A stretch of DNA of 62,500 bases, the filler included, from Sphacelaria rigidula (Eukaryota), in NCBI GenBank assembly GCA_964200075.2. It is 9 parts of 9 records of this genome, joined end to end, with 100 filler letters (N's around TTAATTAATTAA, not from the genome) between each part and the next. Parts side by side here need not be neighbours in the genome. Positions count along the whole stretch, not along the records: positions 34,781 to 41,635 come from CAXNAA020017747.1; positions 41,736 to 48,590 come from CAXNAA020017748.1; 7 more parts are not named here. The stretch is one strand, 5' to 3'. The translations under genes were made by a program, and so were the position numbers. Positions 35,191 to 47,418 of the stretch are shown piece after piece. The notes beneath the pieces were generated by a model. It ran no database searches. It was not told where the DNA came from and worked only from the letters and a program-made list of their open reading frames with translations. Position 1 is the first letter of the stretch; the number at the start of each line of letters is the position of its first letter.

Positions 35191-35280
35191 GTCAAAAAAT
35201 GTACTGCGTAGAGTATGGAACCTATTGTCTGTTGGAATAGGCGCAAAATAGTTGATACTGTACGCAGTGCACTTTTTGAC
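35191..35280. repeat. ~90-bp hairpin repeat (also 32351-32441, 55241-55328)
   Basis: Arms gtcaaaaaatgtactgcgtagagtat / atactgtacgcagtgcactttttgac; each copy has ccctgga(c/t)aa on one side. Confidence 0.75.
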
Positions 35281-36148
35281 TGCATTCTGTTGTACAGGAT
35301 ATGCAATCATATCAATCAATATCTCTGACACACCTAGTTTCCACAGTGTCTTCTTAGCTAGTGTATGTAGCTGCAAGAGACTGCGTCGCAAAGCATGCTT
35401 GCGGGTTTTGAAAGCACCCGATCTGTATCTCCGGAAACAAAGAACAGAAGAAGGCGCGCGCTCGCGTGTGTGTGACCGTAGACGCCATCCCATTCCATTC
35501 CGTTCCGTTCCGCTCCATTGAATTTAGTTACCGCCGCGCTTCGATAGTCAATTTGATACAGCAGCACTCTTTCGTCCGAATTTTCTCGGATTGGATTGGA
35601 TTGGATTCCCGATAGTAAATATTATATTTTCGGTTTCCGTCATTGAGATTCCGAAAACGCGATAATAGTAAAACGACTGCCGGAGTTCGGAGTTCGGTTG
35701 TAATGCTCGAAATACCGCACATGGCGGTGTGTACGGCGGCAGAGGTGGATGGGATATTTCGGTGCATACAGCAGCATCCCACTAGGTATACGCAAGAGCA
35801 TCGTCGTGTGTCGTCCCTCCACACGAGCTATAATACTGTCGTTGGTGACGAAGGTGATGATACCTACCATATTGTGTATGTGTGCATGCGTTGTTCAATT
35901 GATATTAGGAGCTCACTCCCGAAGCATATGTCGGAATCGGCGGTCTTCGCAGTAACTTTGATGCTCGCCTCTGTTGTGAGGTTCGCACCCCTAGCAGATG
36001 TGATCTTGAAGATTGAATGAGCACGTCGTCTATCCACCATGTCGTGCGGTGCTCCCCAAACAAAGTGTTGATGATGTCTTTTTCCCCTTGCGGTGGTCTC
36101 GCAAACAATGTGCCAACACGGATGGATTTGGATAATGACAAATGGCAG

Positions 36149-36202
36149 TTTGTGGAAGAGCAAGGCAAAGGAGTCTTCATCAAAACTCTCCGCAACATGC
36201 AG
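36149..36202 (+). CDS. APC-superfamily amino-acid permease, internal exon A
   Basis: ggcAG / cag|GTATGT; FVEEQGKGVFIKTLRNMQ matches the motif (SAN)FVEEQ..GVF.KTLRNM; 54 nt, phase 0. Confidence 0.85.
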
Positions 36203-37690
36203 GTATGTTACTCCAACATGCTTTTTCTCCGGGTGTGAAAATATCTTGACGGGTGCTGCACTGAATGCACAAGCGTATAGTTTGTCTCGGATACCCTGTG
36301 AGACTCGTTATGCTATGCTCCTTGACAATGCTCCTTGACAAGTACAGTATTTTTTCGTTTCTCTTTGACACACTTTCGAACCCCTACTGTTCGGCAGAAC
36401 GAGTCCTGCGGTCTGAAGGGATCAGCCCATTTTCCACCCCGCAATGTTGATGTTATCGTTCAATACCCTTGGTTGAGTACCGTTATGTTTCCCCACCCCT
36501 TGTTATGTACCGTGATATGGTGTACATGTTGTTGGGTACTGTTCTGTTAGGCCCTTTACTGAGTACCGTTGTACATTTCTTTAGCGCGCAGGCTCGGCAG
36601 GGACGGGACGGGGAGGGGGGGGGAGGCGCATCATGATCTTCAAAGGAGATTGACGGGGAGGAGGCAGTTGTGTTTGGGAGTACCCTTTCGGTTTGCCTGA
36701 TGAACGAGGCCCAAAATATGGGGGAGAAAAATGAGTAGTGATTGCGTTGTGCTTAGAGATCGAAATCCCACCTCCGGAGAATGACTGACAATAGATAGTG
36801 GCACAATAAGTAAACTTCCAAGCGGGAAAAGTGAGGAACTTCCCAAAACATGGAATTTCGAACAATTTTCGCGCGCCAAAGTCGTGGTATGTCCAAGAGT
36901 AAAGGTTCGATCTTGTGGGTCACTTCAATAGCTGGGGAGAGGATGCGAAGATTCGAACAGCAAGGGGGGGATCTTAATTGTACGGCTTGTCTTTATCTCA
37001 TTGCCTAGCCGTCTGGTTGGTGTCAGCTCGTTGTTCTGCAAATCGTTTTGTACATTCTGAATTGCTTTATTTCATTTTTCCCCCGATTCCACCTCCCTTT
37101 GATCTTAACCCGTTGTCAAGTCTTCTCCAATGTAGCGAGTGTTTTTTTTTTTTTTTCCTTTATTCCTATTTTTCCCCAGCACGGCTTTCTGGTTTTGTCC
37201 CTTTGGGGTCGCTTTGTTTTCCGCAAACCAACCATAANNNNNNNNNNGTTCCCTCCCGCCTTTGCTGTTTGCCGGTTGTCAAGTCTTCTCCAATGTAGCG
37301 AGTGTTTTTTTTTTTTGCCCTTGATACGTATATTTCACGAGCACGGCTGACTGGATACGTCCCTTGGGGATCGCTTAGTGTGCGGCAAACAAACAATAAA
37401 TCGATCAATTTGGCCTTTTGTTCTTTTCTTCTGCTGTTTGCGTCGGTCGTTTTTCGTTGCTCACTACTTATTGTGCTTATTTTTTCCTGATGTTGATTGT
37501 CTTGGTTGGTACGCTTCGTGTCATAATGTGTTGTTGTTGTTGTCGGTGGTGTTGTTGTTGTTGTTGTCGGTGGTGTTGCTGTTGTTGTCGTTGTTGTATT
37601 ATGTTTCGTGCAGTGATCGGTCTGTTCGTCTTCAACAAATCATTGCCTCGTGTTTCTCGTTGATGTTGCTCTGGCCGCTCGTATCTTTAG

Positions 37691-37771
37691 CTGGGAGTCG
37701 CGGCCTTCAATCCGGCCATCTGCTTGCTGAGCTTATGCGTGCTGGATATGGCTGAGATCACCCAGAACGAG
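37691..37771 (+). CDS. APC permease internal exon B
   Basis: ctttAG / gag|GTGAGG; LGVAAFNPAICLLSLCVLDMAEITQNE is the expected FNP transmembrane helix; 81 nt, phase 0. Confidence 0.8.
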
Positions 37772-38627
37772 GTGAGGTTCTCTGCTAGTATTCGAGGATA
37801 CGGCTGCTCGTGTTGATAAAACATTCAACATCCAGCCGGCCAGCCATGACGTTCCCTATTGTGAAAAACAAGAGATTAAGTGAAGGAAAAAAAACAGTTC
37901 AAGGATCGGACGATTAATGATTCGTCTGAAACTTACCTGCTTTTAGTGTAATTGATGAGCACCGCGCGAGTCATTCCTCGGCCCTTGTTTTCAACGTTGC
38001 TTCCCCAGGTACGCGCACCCGAGGCACGTGGTATGACGCAATATTTGCGGAGACTTTTGTCACACGAGGCTAACTTTCTTCCCTGTCCAGCAATCAGGCC
38101 TCAGAAATCGTAGATCTGGTGAATTGAAGCAGCGATCATCCGTCCGTCCCTTGCATACAATGAATGGCCAACAAATCACACACTAAAATTCAATGATTTC
38201 AGTTCGATTGGGGTACGGAATTGTTCCGATTGCGCCTGTGCTGCGAGCAGCACTCATGTTCGTTCCCGTGTTGGCAGGCAGGCTGTTTTTATGCCGGCCG
38301 TTGGGGGTGGATGGGTGGGTGGGTGGATGATGTACTCTACTCTAGTGCTGCATACGGTATTACTAGCTGGTGCACGTGAATGCGACGAAAACAGAATGAC
38401 TCCCATGAACTATAACGTCCACAGCTCATTGAATACAGCGCAGTCATCCTCATTCACGTGGCACAAAACACGTTTCAACCAACCCCCCTCCTCCAAGAAA
38501 TAAATGAAGAGGAAAAACTTCCTTGTGTCTGGGGTGCTGCTCATTGCATGATGAAACGATCATTGTGCCGCCTGTGTGTGTTTGTCACCTGAACACACAC
38601 GGAATGAACCCTTACTGAATGAAACAG

Positions 38628-38849
38628 CACGCCATGCTGGCACTCATGGCAAAGCGTGTGGGCTATTGGGCGGGGAACTTGTGGCCGAGCTTACACAAGT
38701 ACAACCTGGGGGACGCGTTCGCGTTCTGGGTGAGCCTGGATGCTTTCGTCGTACTGTCGGGAGCCGTTCTGACGGCCTATGTGGGCATTAGCGGGCTGAT
38801 CGCCAGGATGGCCAAAGATCGGTGTTTGCCCCAGTTCATCCTTCGAGAG
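38628..38849 (+). CDS. APC permease internal exon C
   Basis: aacAG / gag|GTACGA; WVSLDAFVVLSGAVLTAYVGISGLIARMAKDRCLPQFIL carries the APC motif R.......DR.LP.F; 222 nt, phase 0. Confidence 0.9.
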
Positions 38850-38857
38850 GTACGATA

Positions 38858-38888
<31 letters not shown>

Positions 38889-41543
38889 TTGCCCTCTGAA
38901 CCCCTCCCCTTCCTCAAGACGAGTCCGTGGTCTAACAGTCTCAAGGGATCAACCCATCTCTCCCCGGTATACGCCTTGCATTTGGGTCTCGCGGATTGGG
39001 TAATGACTATCAGCACTCCTGTACCGCGTCAACTCAAACAAACTCTGTCGACTACTTTGTTTACTCACGTTCTCACGCTTTCCACGGTGGAACTCATACA
39101 TTACGAAGAAAAAAAACAATTCATCAGGAATCAAACCCTCGTTCTCTCCACCCTAATGGCGACAGTCAGACCATTACACCACCGGGGCGCGGCAAATGAT
39201 GTTTGTTGAAGGTGCGACAAACACCCCATAGGGAGAAAAAGTTGCCAATTACCATGTTTCTTTTGCTCCTTGTCTTGCAAGGTGGTGTCAGCTACGTCAT
39301 GCTGTGTCATGCTGTGGGTGCAATTTTCTGTCGATCTAGTCCGATTTTGTTTGTTTGTGTTGCTAAATAGCACTGTTTATCGTGTAACGCAACGCTGGAT
39401 TCGAAGCCAATCGGTCAATAAGGGGGCAATCAATCGATCAATCAAGCAACAGCCAACCAACCAAGCAAACAGGAAATTAATTGTTCGTGCGGCTACGCTA
39501 TGTTGTGATAGCTTGTGTTCTCCCCCTTGTCTCGATCGTCGAGCCTGGTCCGGCGAAAACCCGGCTTGCTCCGTCCCGGCCTTGTAGGGATACGAGGTCA
39601 ATGGTCTGATGACTATGGCGTGCACGATCATGAGTACACCCTTGTCTCGAACAATCGCCGCTAAACCGACCAATGGAAGTAATGGGCAGAACTCTCGTGT
39701 TTTTTTTTTCCCCCACGGAAAATGTATGTTGTGGTGTCGTCCCCACTTTTAGGGTAGGCGTGCATATCGTCTTGCACTATTACTCCTCAGGTAACCAATT
39801 GATTGATCGACGGTTGATGGCCGTCGCACATGAACCGATACCCGAGGGATGAAAGCTTTTCTACTCACACAGCTGTGGTCATCATCCAGAAGATGGACGT
39901 ACCCCATGTACATCAAACGGAAGCGCTGGCTAAGGAAGGAAAGTGACAAAAAGCAAAAACAAATAGAGCAAACAAACGGAGTAAGCTGAAAAAACAAAAA
40001 CTAATTAGGGGCCACTCCCACGTCAAGGCTGGGTCCCTTTTGAAGGAGGTCACTTTCTTGGTGGTCTAAGTGTCTACGGTGAAATAATGCAAGATCACCG
40101 ACCTGTCTGAATCGCGGCAGGCGCACGCCGGTTCACGGTATCTTTCTTACGATACTATAATCAAGCGAGTATTCAGTAGTATAAGTTGATTGATATATTG
40201 ATTGCCGCAGTCTAATGCTACGATGCCCTCCTCCCAAAAAATAAATAAAAAATAAGTACCTGTCTTACGGAGGCAAAATCTACATATGAATCGAAAAAAA
40301 AAGGGCACAACGAGCAGCTAGGGATTTTCATGGTTGGGACCCTTTTCGCCATGTCGCCCGTATGAAGCGCTTCGTGCAGCCTGAAACCGAACATCATGCG
40401 CTGTTTGACCATTTTTCTTCGTGACAATTTTGGGCTGGTTTGGAGGGGGGTGTGCTCATGATCATGCATGCCATAGTCATAAGGCCGTTGACCTCGCATC
40501 CGTACAAAGCCGGGACGGAGCACGCCGGGTTTTCGCCGGACCAGGCTGGTTTGGAGGGGGGACTATCGTAGCATTAGTCCGCACTTTCACTGATGCAATC
40601 CCCCAGGTAGTCAACCGTGGTCGGGGTCCCAAATAGACGTACCCGATACAAGTATATAGTACAAGTGTATAGTACACGTATATGCTACAGTAGTAAATTA
40701 TCTCATTTCCGTCGTCGTCGTTGAAGGCGTAATGACGTGGGGACATGAGTAGCCAAGATATCTTATTTCATGACAGTTGGCGCGCCGTGGAACTGCCAAT
40801 CCAATCCTAGATTCCAAACCGTAAGGCAGGTACCGCGGGGATTGGCTAATCCCTTGAGACAACGGACCCATTATGCTGAGGGAGGGAAGGGCGTCGAATA
40901 AAAAATTGCGGTTGAGGGAGGTGGGGCCCCAATTGTCCCGGAGAGCGTGAATCAGGTCTTTTGGTGATGACCACATATAGTACACGATATGCTGTTGTCA
41001 TCCGGGGCGAGGGGTTCCCGCACGCACAGCCGCAGGGTTATAGCTCAGGGGTCGCTTCCCGTCGTTGAATGTCAGCCTGTGAATTGTTCCAAACGGAGGT
41101 CTGGCGCCCAGGAAGTTACGGTAACTTGCTCGTGGTTCTTGTGCTCGTACAGTACTCGGTATTTTCGACATTTTTTTTTCATCCATTTTTATGATCGAGG
41201 TATACTGTGATAGTTCTTGTTTGTTTCTCATCGACACTGCTCTGTTGTTTTTCATCAAAGATTGTTTGTTCACCATAGATTTGCAGTTCTATTCGACTTC
41301 TTTCTTACAGTGTTTTATTTTATTATCCGATAGCTCCCCGCTGCGAGAAACAAAAGGGAAATTATATGGCATCCAAGTATGGATGTCATGATTTGTTTTG
41401 TTTGCCTAGCTTGTGTCGTCTCGTCTTTTTTGTCATTTTTTTTTGTAAAAAATATCTCGAGACGGAGAGCTCACCATCTTTGTGCCACCAAAAAACTTAG
41501 AATCCATAAATTTCCATTGTGAATGTCACTTATTGGTTCTTCC

Positions 41544-41597
<54 letters not shown>

Positions 41598-41807
41598 TCC
41601 CTCTCCTCTTTTTTTCTCTCTGTCTTCTCTTCTTTNNNNNNNNNNNNNNNNNNNNNNNNNNNNNNNNNNNNNNNNNNNNTTAATTAATTAANNNNNNNNN
41701 NNNNNNNNNNNNNNNNNNNNNNNNNNNNNNNNNNNAGTTTCAGAGTGAAAAACTCACAAAACGCGATACAAGCAAACAGAAATCAAGAAGAAAGAAGGAA
41801 GAAAGGG

Positions 41808-42000
41808 AGTATGGTTCGCCGGAATACCTCCGTATGGTTCGATGAATACCTCGGTATGGTTCGATGAATGCCCCGGTATGGTTCGCGGAATACCTCCATG
41901 TTTCACCGAATACACCGCTAACGTTTGCCGGATACACCGCTGTGGTTTACCGGACAACCTGCCATGGTTCACCCAATACCCCCCTATGGTTCGCCGACTG
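41808..42000 (+). repeat. ~22-24 bp minisatellite
   Basis: About 8 degenerate copies of gtatggttcg.(c)ggaatacctcc. Confidence 0.8.
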
Positions 42001-44391
42001 CGGGTTCGGAAGAACTGTGATCCACAATAAAGTATCTTCTCATGCTTGTGTCGAGACCCTACTTCTAGAGGATGTACGAGCTGGGCCAGCGTGCTGTGCG
42101 CACGGGAGGGGCGATTTGTAGTTTACAGCCCCTCCACCGGCCGAGTTGATCTCCAAAATATTATATCGACAACGAGTACAGCATAACGACAAGAAGTTAC
42201 CCGCGCAATTTTTTTTTTTTTTCGTGATTCAGTGGCATTTCACTGATACCTGAATATTGATTCTTGTCTTCGATTCAAGGAAAAAAAACGTCTTCGAGTG
42301 CACGGGTATCTTCTCTGCTATGCCCTCTTCGTGACCCAGACCTTCAGGTTTCACCTGTAAATACTGGCCGGCGAATGGGCAGTTTAGTAACGGGGTCGGT
42401 AAAAGTTCGGAATAGGATCTTGCGGGCCACGTACCGGTCCACGTTTGGTTCTCGTTTGTTGATGTTTCGCGTCTCTGTTGGGACCTCGCTAGGGCATCAT
42501 GGAACAGAAAAAGTGGGAGACGTTGGAATTCAGATATTTTGATTTTTGATATTTTTTTATTTGTTCTTGATTTTGGGCGTTCTTTTCTACTATGGTGATG
42601 ATGACCATCTTTGTACGAGGACGCTGGAACCTCTCCAACAAGATGAAAAAACGAAGGCCCATTTTTTTCTTCAGTGCACCTTTGCTTCTCCATGTTGAGT
42701 TTCAAGATTTGAGCAGAAAAATTCAGACGAGGCAAAGACATAAATCTGGAAAAGTGAAGTTTCGAAGTCTGTTGAAGTCGTTCGACACCCCGATAGGTGG
42801 CTGGGCGTATTTAGGCACTTTGGTATGACTTGCGGTACTCGTTGACGGCTGTGCGTTTTTCCGGTGGCCGCATTTTTTTCTCGCCCAGACTTGCGTTTTT
42901 CTCGGTCGGAGATCGGTCAAGTCTACACGAATATGCGAAATTGTTCTGCACTTGAACCGTCTCCGAGGAAAATTTGCGACCTCCAAGAAACATACGTGAA
43001 ACGACATTTGAGCTCCGGAAACCGAACATCTTCATCATGGTCTGCTTCAAGGAGCGGCCTCAGACCAATGTTCGTTCTCAAGACTCCACTGAAAAACAAG
43101 AAAAACAAAAAAGCTGTTCTTGTACTTCAGTATGTACCAGCGGTTCTCCATGCGCAATTTCAGAGCACGACTCTCAATAATTGAGGCGCGGTATCAAGAT
43201 GTGGGGCATCTAATGCCTCTGCTGGTGATATATCGAGTCTACTATTGAACCTCATGTGCCCCGGATCTAGTGATAGATGATGGATCAGGTGTAGGCGGGG
43301 GTATCCATCGTCTCCCTGCTCCAGGGAATATATCCACGCCAAAATTCGGTTGGGGTTACATGGATATCTCAGTATGGACGCTATCTCCATACGGTGTAGG
43401 AATTGCTCGACATAGGGTATCATCAACGAGTAAGTATTGGTCCAGACTTTTGAGCACATGGGCACCTCCCCGTTAATTCGACGATAAATACAATATGCGG
43501 ATCACGGCCCAACTCGTACGTGTCGATAAGATTTTACACCTCTCAGAAGATGACCTTCCGAAATTTGATTCCCACTTTTTCATCCTGAAGGGACAGCTCA
43601 AGTCCCGCATCGAAATTGTGCCCCAAGAGAGGGGATTGCCGTAAAACTAGAGTCGGGTCTAAATGAGACCACGTATGGGGCTTCGAAATCACGCATCAAG
43701 ATGCCCCGTGATCGTGAAATCACAGTTCGTCTTCTCATCACCTGGCGATCTGCCCGTAGCGGTTCAGTCGGGGGTCTCGAACTCGGTGATCCAGACTTTA
43801 TGCCGACCACACGCAAAATTGTAACGTTGTGTTCTGTAGGGTACATTCTTCTGTAGACCCGGGGGATGTTTCCGGCACAAAAATTTACCCGCACGACAGT
43901 TTCTGTGAGTGTTGTACGCCTCCCATACCCTTGCCCACAGTTGTGTGAGTACTGTTCTGTACATCATGTACGCCCGTATCGTGTTCCGGGGATTATCGAT
44001 TACAGAGACATTCCCAAGAAGGTGATCTCCGGTGAAACAGAGTGTACGAATGACCTACGGCAGCTTCGTACGAATCACACAGGTCGCACAGATCACATTC
44101 AGGCAGGCTGGTACGAATTACTCGGGTCATACAGATCATTCATCGCGGTCTCGGTCTCCGGACCACCACACGAGAAATGTGTTTGGGTTAAACGGGCCAC
44201 ACGGATTTAGATCAACCAGATATCGCAGAGGTCATACGGCTGATCGTCGAGCAGGCTTGCGAGATGTACCCGGGGTTCATTCATGCCGGCAATGTACACG
44301 TGGATGACTCTTCTCCGGAAATTTTCGTCAGACGCTGGCCGAACAAGTTCATGATGAGTCACTTGAGCATATAGCTGTGCCATGTTTGAAA

Positions 44392-44762
44392 GCCTGTCGT
44401 TACGGTGGCTCGGTTGGTAACCTCGTAACCTTTTAACGGTTGAGTTGTGGGGTTCGATTCCCGGAGCGATCTGGGATTTTTCTTGTACCATGCCCAATGG
44501 TGGAGAGCGACCATGTCGTGGGCACACAAAATTCGACTGAACGGTCTCGACGAGGGAACGGGACGGCTGATCCCCTCTCGCGGTAAAAAATAAAAAGGCA
44601 AGCCGGCAGAAGGAAGGTGGGGTACTAAAAACAATTAGAGAAGAAGAAGCTCCTGTGTCGACCTTCCTCCTGTGTGACCCCGGCTGATACGCCCACATAT
44701 CCTTCAAGGGGTAGACTGGCGCCCAGAATAAATGAGACGACAACACACACACACAACACACA
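44392..44762 (+). mobile_element. Full-length tRNA-derived SINE, family A
   Basis: A-box TGGCTCGGTTGG, B-box GGTTCGATTCC, unique body and (AC)n tail; five copies or fragments in the window. Confidence 0.85.
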
Positions 44763-45646
44763 TGTTTCTTCCCCATCCCGCCCCGCGCATGAGTGTGAAC
44801 CCCGAACAAGAAAACACGAGACAGTCGTCCATACCGCCGCTGGCACAATTGAACAAACGTTTCATTTACGCAAATCACGCCCACTATTCCTCGCTACTGC
44901 CCCCACTGCTACCGGAGTCAAGGAAGTCCATATAACGTTTCGCCACGACGCTGGCGTTGAGAGTTACCCTGCGCCGTGCGTGCGGTAAGATCAGAGTTCC
45001 CCAGTGAAATTCGTACACTTCACTAGTGAGTCCCGCGCAGGGATTCTACTGTTAGGTTGGGCCAAAAATATACATGCTTCATGTTCCACGTGCCCAGACC
45101 CTCGGTGTACCCGGGCCATACGTGTTAGCAGGTGAGGAATACCGAATAGTGTCTTCTGTACACGTGATAAAGCTCCAACAGTGCACAGCTTCAGAAAACA
45201 ATGTAACGTTTCATTCCAGTACCCGATATTTTTGTACGTTCGGTAAGAAATCCCATACTCCACGGAATATACCTGTACCCTACAGAACACAACCTCGCAA
45301 AATTAGACCAAGATCACCGGCTGAATAATCAACGGCTTCATCACGGTTGTAGACAAACCGTCTTGGCCACCGCATGTGGTGACGGGTACACATTCGGCGT
45401 GTACCGCCTCTCACCTCGCGCCCGTCATCGTCACTTGTCTGTTCCAAGCGTAGACAATATGGGTTGTTACTCTCCTTCTATTTCCTCGCTCAACACCTCT
45501 TGGGTGGGAGATTGACCAGGAACGTATTACACGCACAATTCAAGAGGTTCCTTGTTCTCTAGAATCGTGTGCCAGAAGTTCAAACCATTACCTGTATCAA
45601 CACCACCCGACCCGGGAAGACAGTTTGCACTACGGTGGTTCCTCAC

Positions 45647-45758
45647 CAGAATGGCCGTCCTCCATCGCTGTCCTGGACCACAACCCATGGACTATTTGCG
45701 GCTGCCTCCGCTGCCTCTTTGAAGGCTTTATTCGCGGCGTCTAGCGCTTCCGCGGCAG
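45647..45758 (-). CDS. Internal exon ending in the first half of a possible WW domain
   Basis: gatcgacAG / tg|GTGAGG; AAEALDAANKAFKEAAEAAANSPWVVVQDSDGGRPF(W) resembles the WW start PW.....D..GR.YY. Confidence 0.55.
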
Positions 45759-46481
45759 CTGTCGATCAAGGGGGAGACGAGCAGCGACGTGGGCAGATGT
45801 CGGACGTGTTGCTCCAGTCCCAGATGTCATGAATAGTGTTGTTGACTCGGGTTAACACACGTGTGAATGGTGGACGGTACAGACGGGCTCTATTTTTTCC
45901 ACGTGCACGGCACTGTGTCTACGGGAAACACGCGGCAAACTGTACAACAAGTGTATGGGAGACAAGGTCGCATTTGTGAACGTTCCCCCGTCCGTGCGCA
46001 CTCTTCATGTAGTCGACGTGGCGTGCACGACAGCGCGACCGGCACATCGGTACCCGTATGTTGTGTGGTGCGGCTTCGCGGTGGACTGTAATATATGCAT
46101 TCGGCCCACGGATACAGGGACGTCACTGCCTTTCAGATATCCAGGCAATTGGGTTGCAATGGATTCGGTGATGAGTATCTGACTTGTACTTTTGGTCCGG
46201 GTACATTGCAGTACAGACAGTACTGTATTTGCAGCTTACGGACAGGCAAGATCGTGTTAGCCGTTAGACTCCGCGCCAAACAGGTGCCGGCTGCGATATC
46301 GTTGCCGCGGCCAAGAGCATGCATGCGGTCGGCGAACCGTTCGCTTAGAAAGGGGGTAGTGACAGTTGCTCTTATCTAGTTGCAGGCCTTGCGTGCATCT
46401 CACAGTCTCCAGCTCTCCCCGGTAATGGAATTTGTGGACGCGGATCTCACCCGTTAAATACGGTGGATCCGGCAATTTTGG

Positions 46482-46625
46482 CGCCCAAAAAATTGTATCA
46501 AAAACAAGACATTACTGACAGACCGACATTATACTCTGAAAGTAAGAGCGTGGCGCCTAAAAAGTTGTATTTATCAAGACACTACTGACAGACTGACATC
46601 ATACCCTTAAAGGAAGAGCGCGTGG
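46482..46625 (+). repeat. Two ~72-bp tandem copies
   Basis: tggcgcc.aaaa.ttgtat...caagaca.tactgacagac.gacat.atac.ct.aa.g.aagagcg twice. Confidence 0.8.
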
Positions 46626-47246
46626 GATATCTGGGGCAAGAGAGCACGTCAACTACAATCAATCCCCTCGAACGAACCGTATGGCTCGTTACCGTCAGCT
46701 GCCCATGGCCAGCCGTGATGAATTTGTGATATGAGCAGCTTTAAATGCAACCAACACACACAGGGTAACAGCTTAGCTGTTGTGTTTGTGCCGCGTGTGG
46801 GGTCAGGACGATCATCTCTCACGGATCGGTTTTTGACACGGATGCTGCGAACATCTATAACCGCCAACGGGTTACATGTGCTGGATCCGACAACTCCCCG
46901 TCTGCGCAGGGGTGGTTTGCTCATTGTAAGTAGCCGATAAGCTACAGTCCTACGGATCCAACAGCTTGTGATGGCACAATCCTCGTATCTTTCGCACCCC
47001 TCACTCAATGTGGCTTTGCCTGTCAAGTCGATACAGCCAGACCCTACACACGCAATATTTACGGTACTGTCCTGTACCGTTTCTTGTACAGCGTAGTACA
47101 GTCAGTACAAGGTACACACCGGTAATAGTGTGAAAGTTACCAACGGCATGCTCTTCAATACACGAAGCACCGCACTACCAGGTTATGCAGCCGACCCCAT
47201 GCTGCAACAAAAGCACAGCCCTCGTATAATAACATCCAAAGCACAC

Positions 47247-47418
47247 CTTGATTCTCCTTCTCGATGGCTTCCTGTCGTTCTTGGTGCTGCACCAAAGCCG
47301 CAGTTCTGGCGCGAGTTGCCGTGGGCGGGCGCCGTTTGATGAACGTCGATCGAGACTTTTGCTGGCGACGCTTATTGCTGCTGCTTCGGAAGGCCGACGG
47401 CAACGTGATATTCACCAT
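47247..47418 (-). CDS. Candidate first exon of the WW-like gene
   Basis: ATG at 47418, MVNITLPSAFRSSSNKRRQQ..QERQEAIEKENQ g|GTGTGC; the phase-1 end joins exon 45758 in frame (g|ct = Ala). No homology recognised. Confidence 0.35.

Noticed and set aside
43160..43465. 101-aa ORF as a retroelement fragment
   Set aside because: No diagnostic motif and no splice signals.
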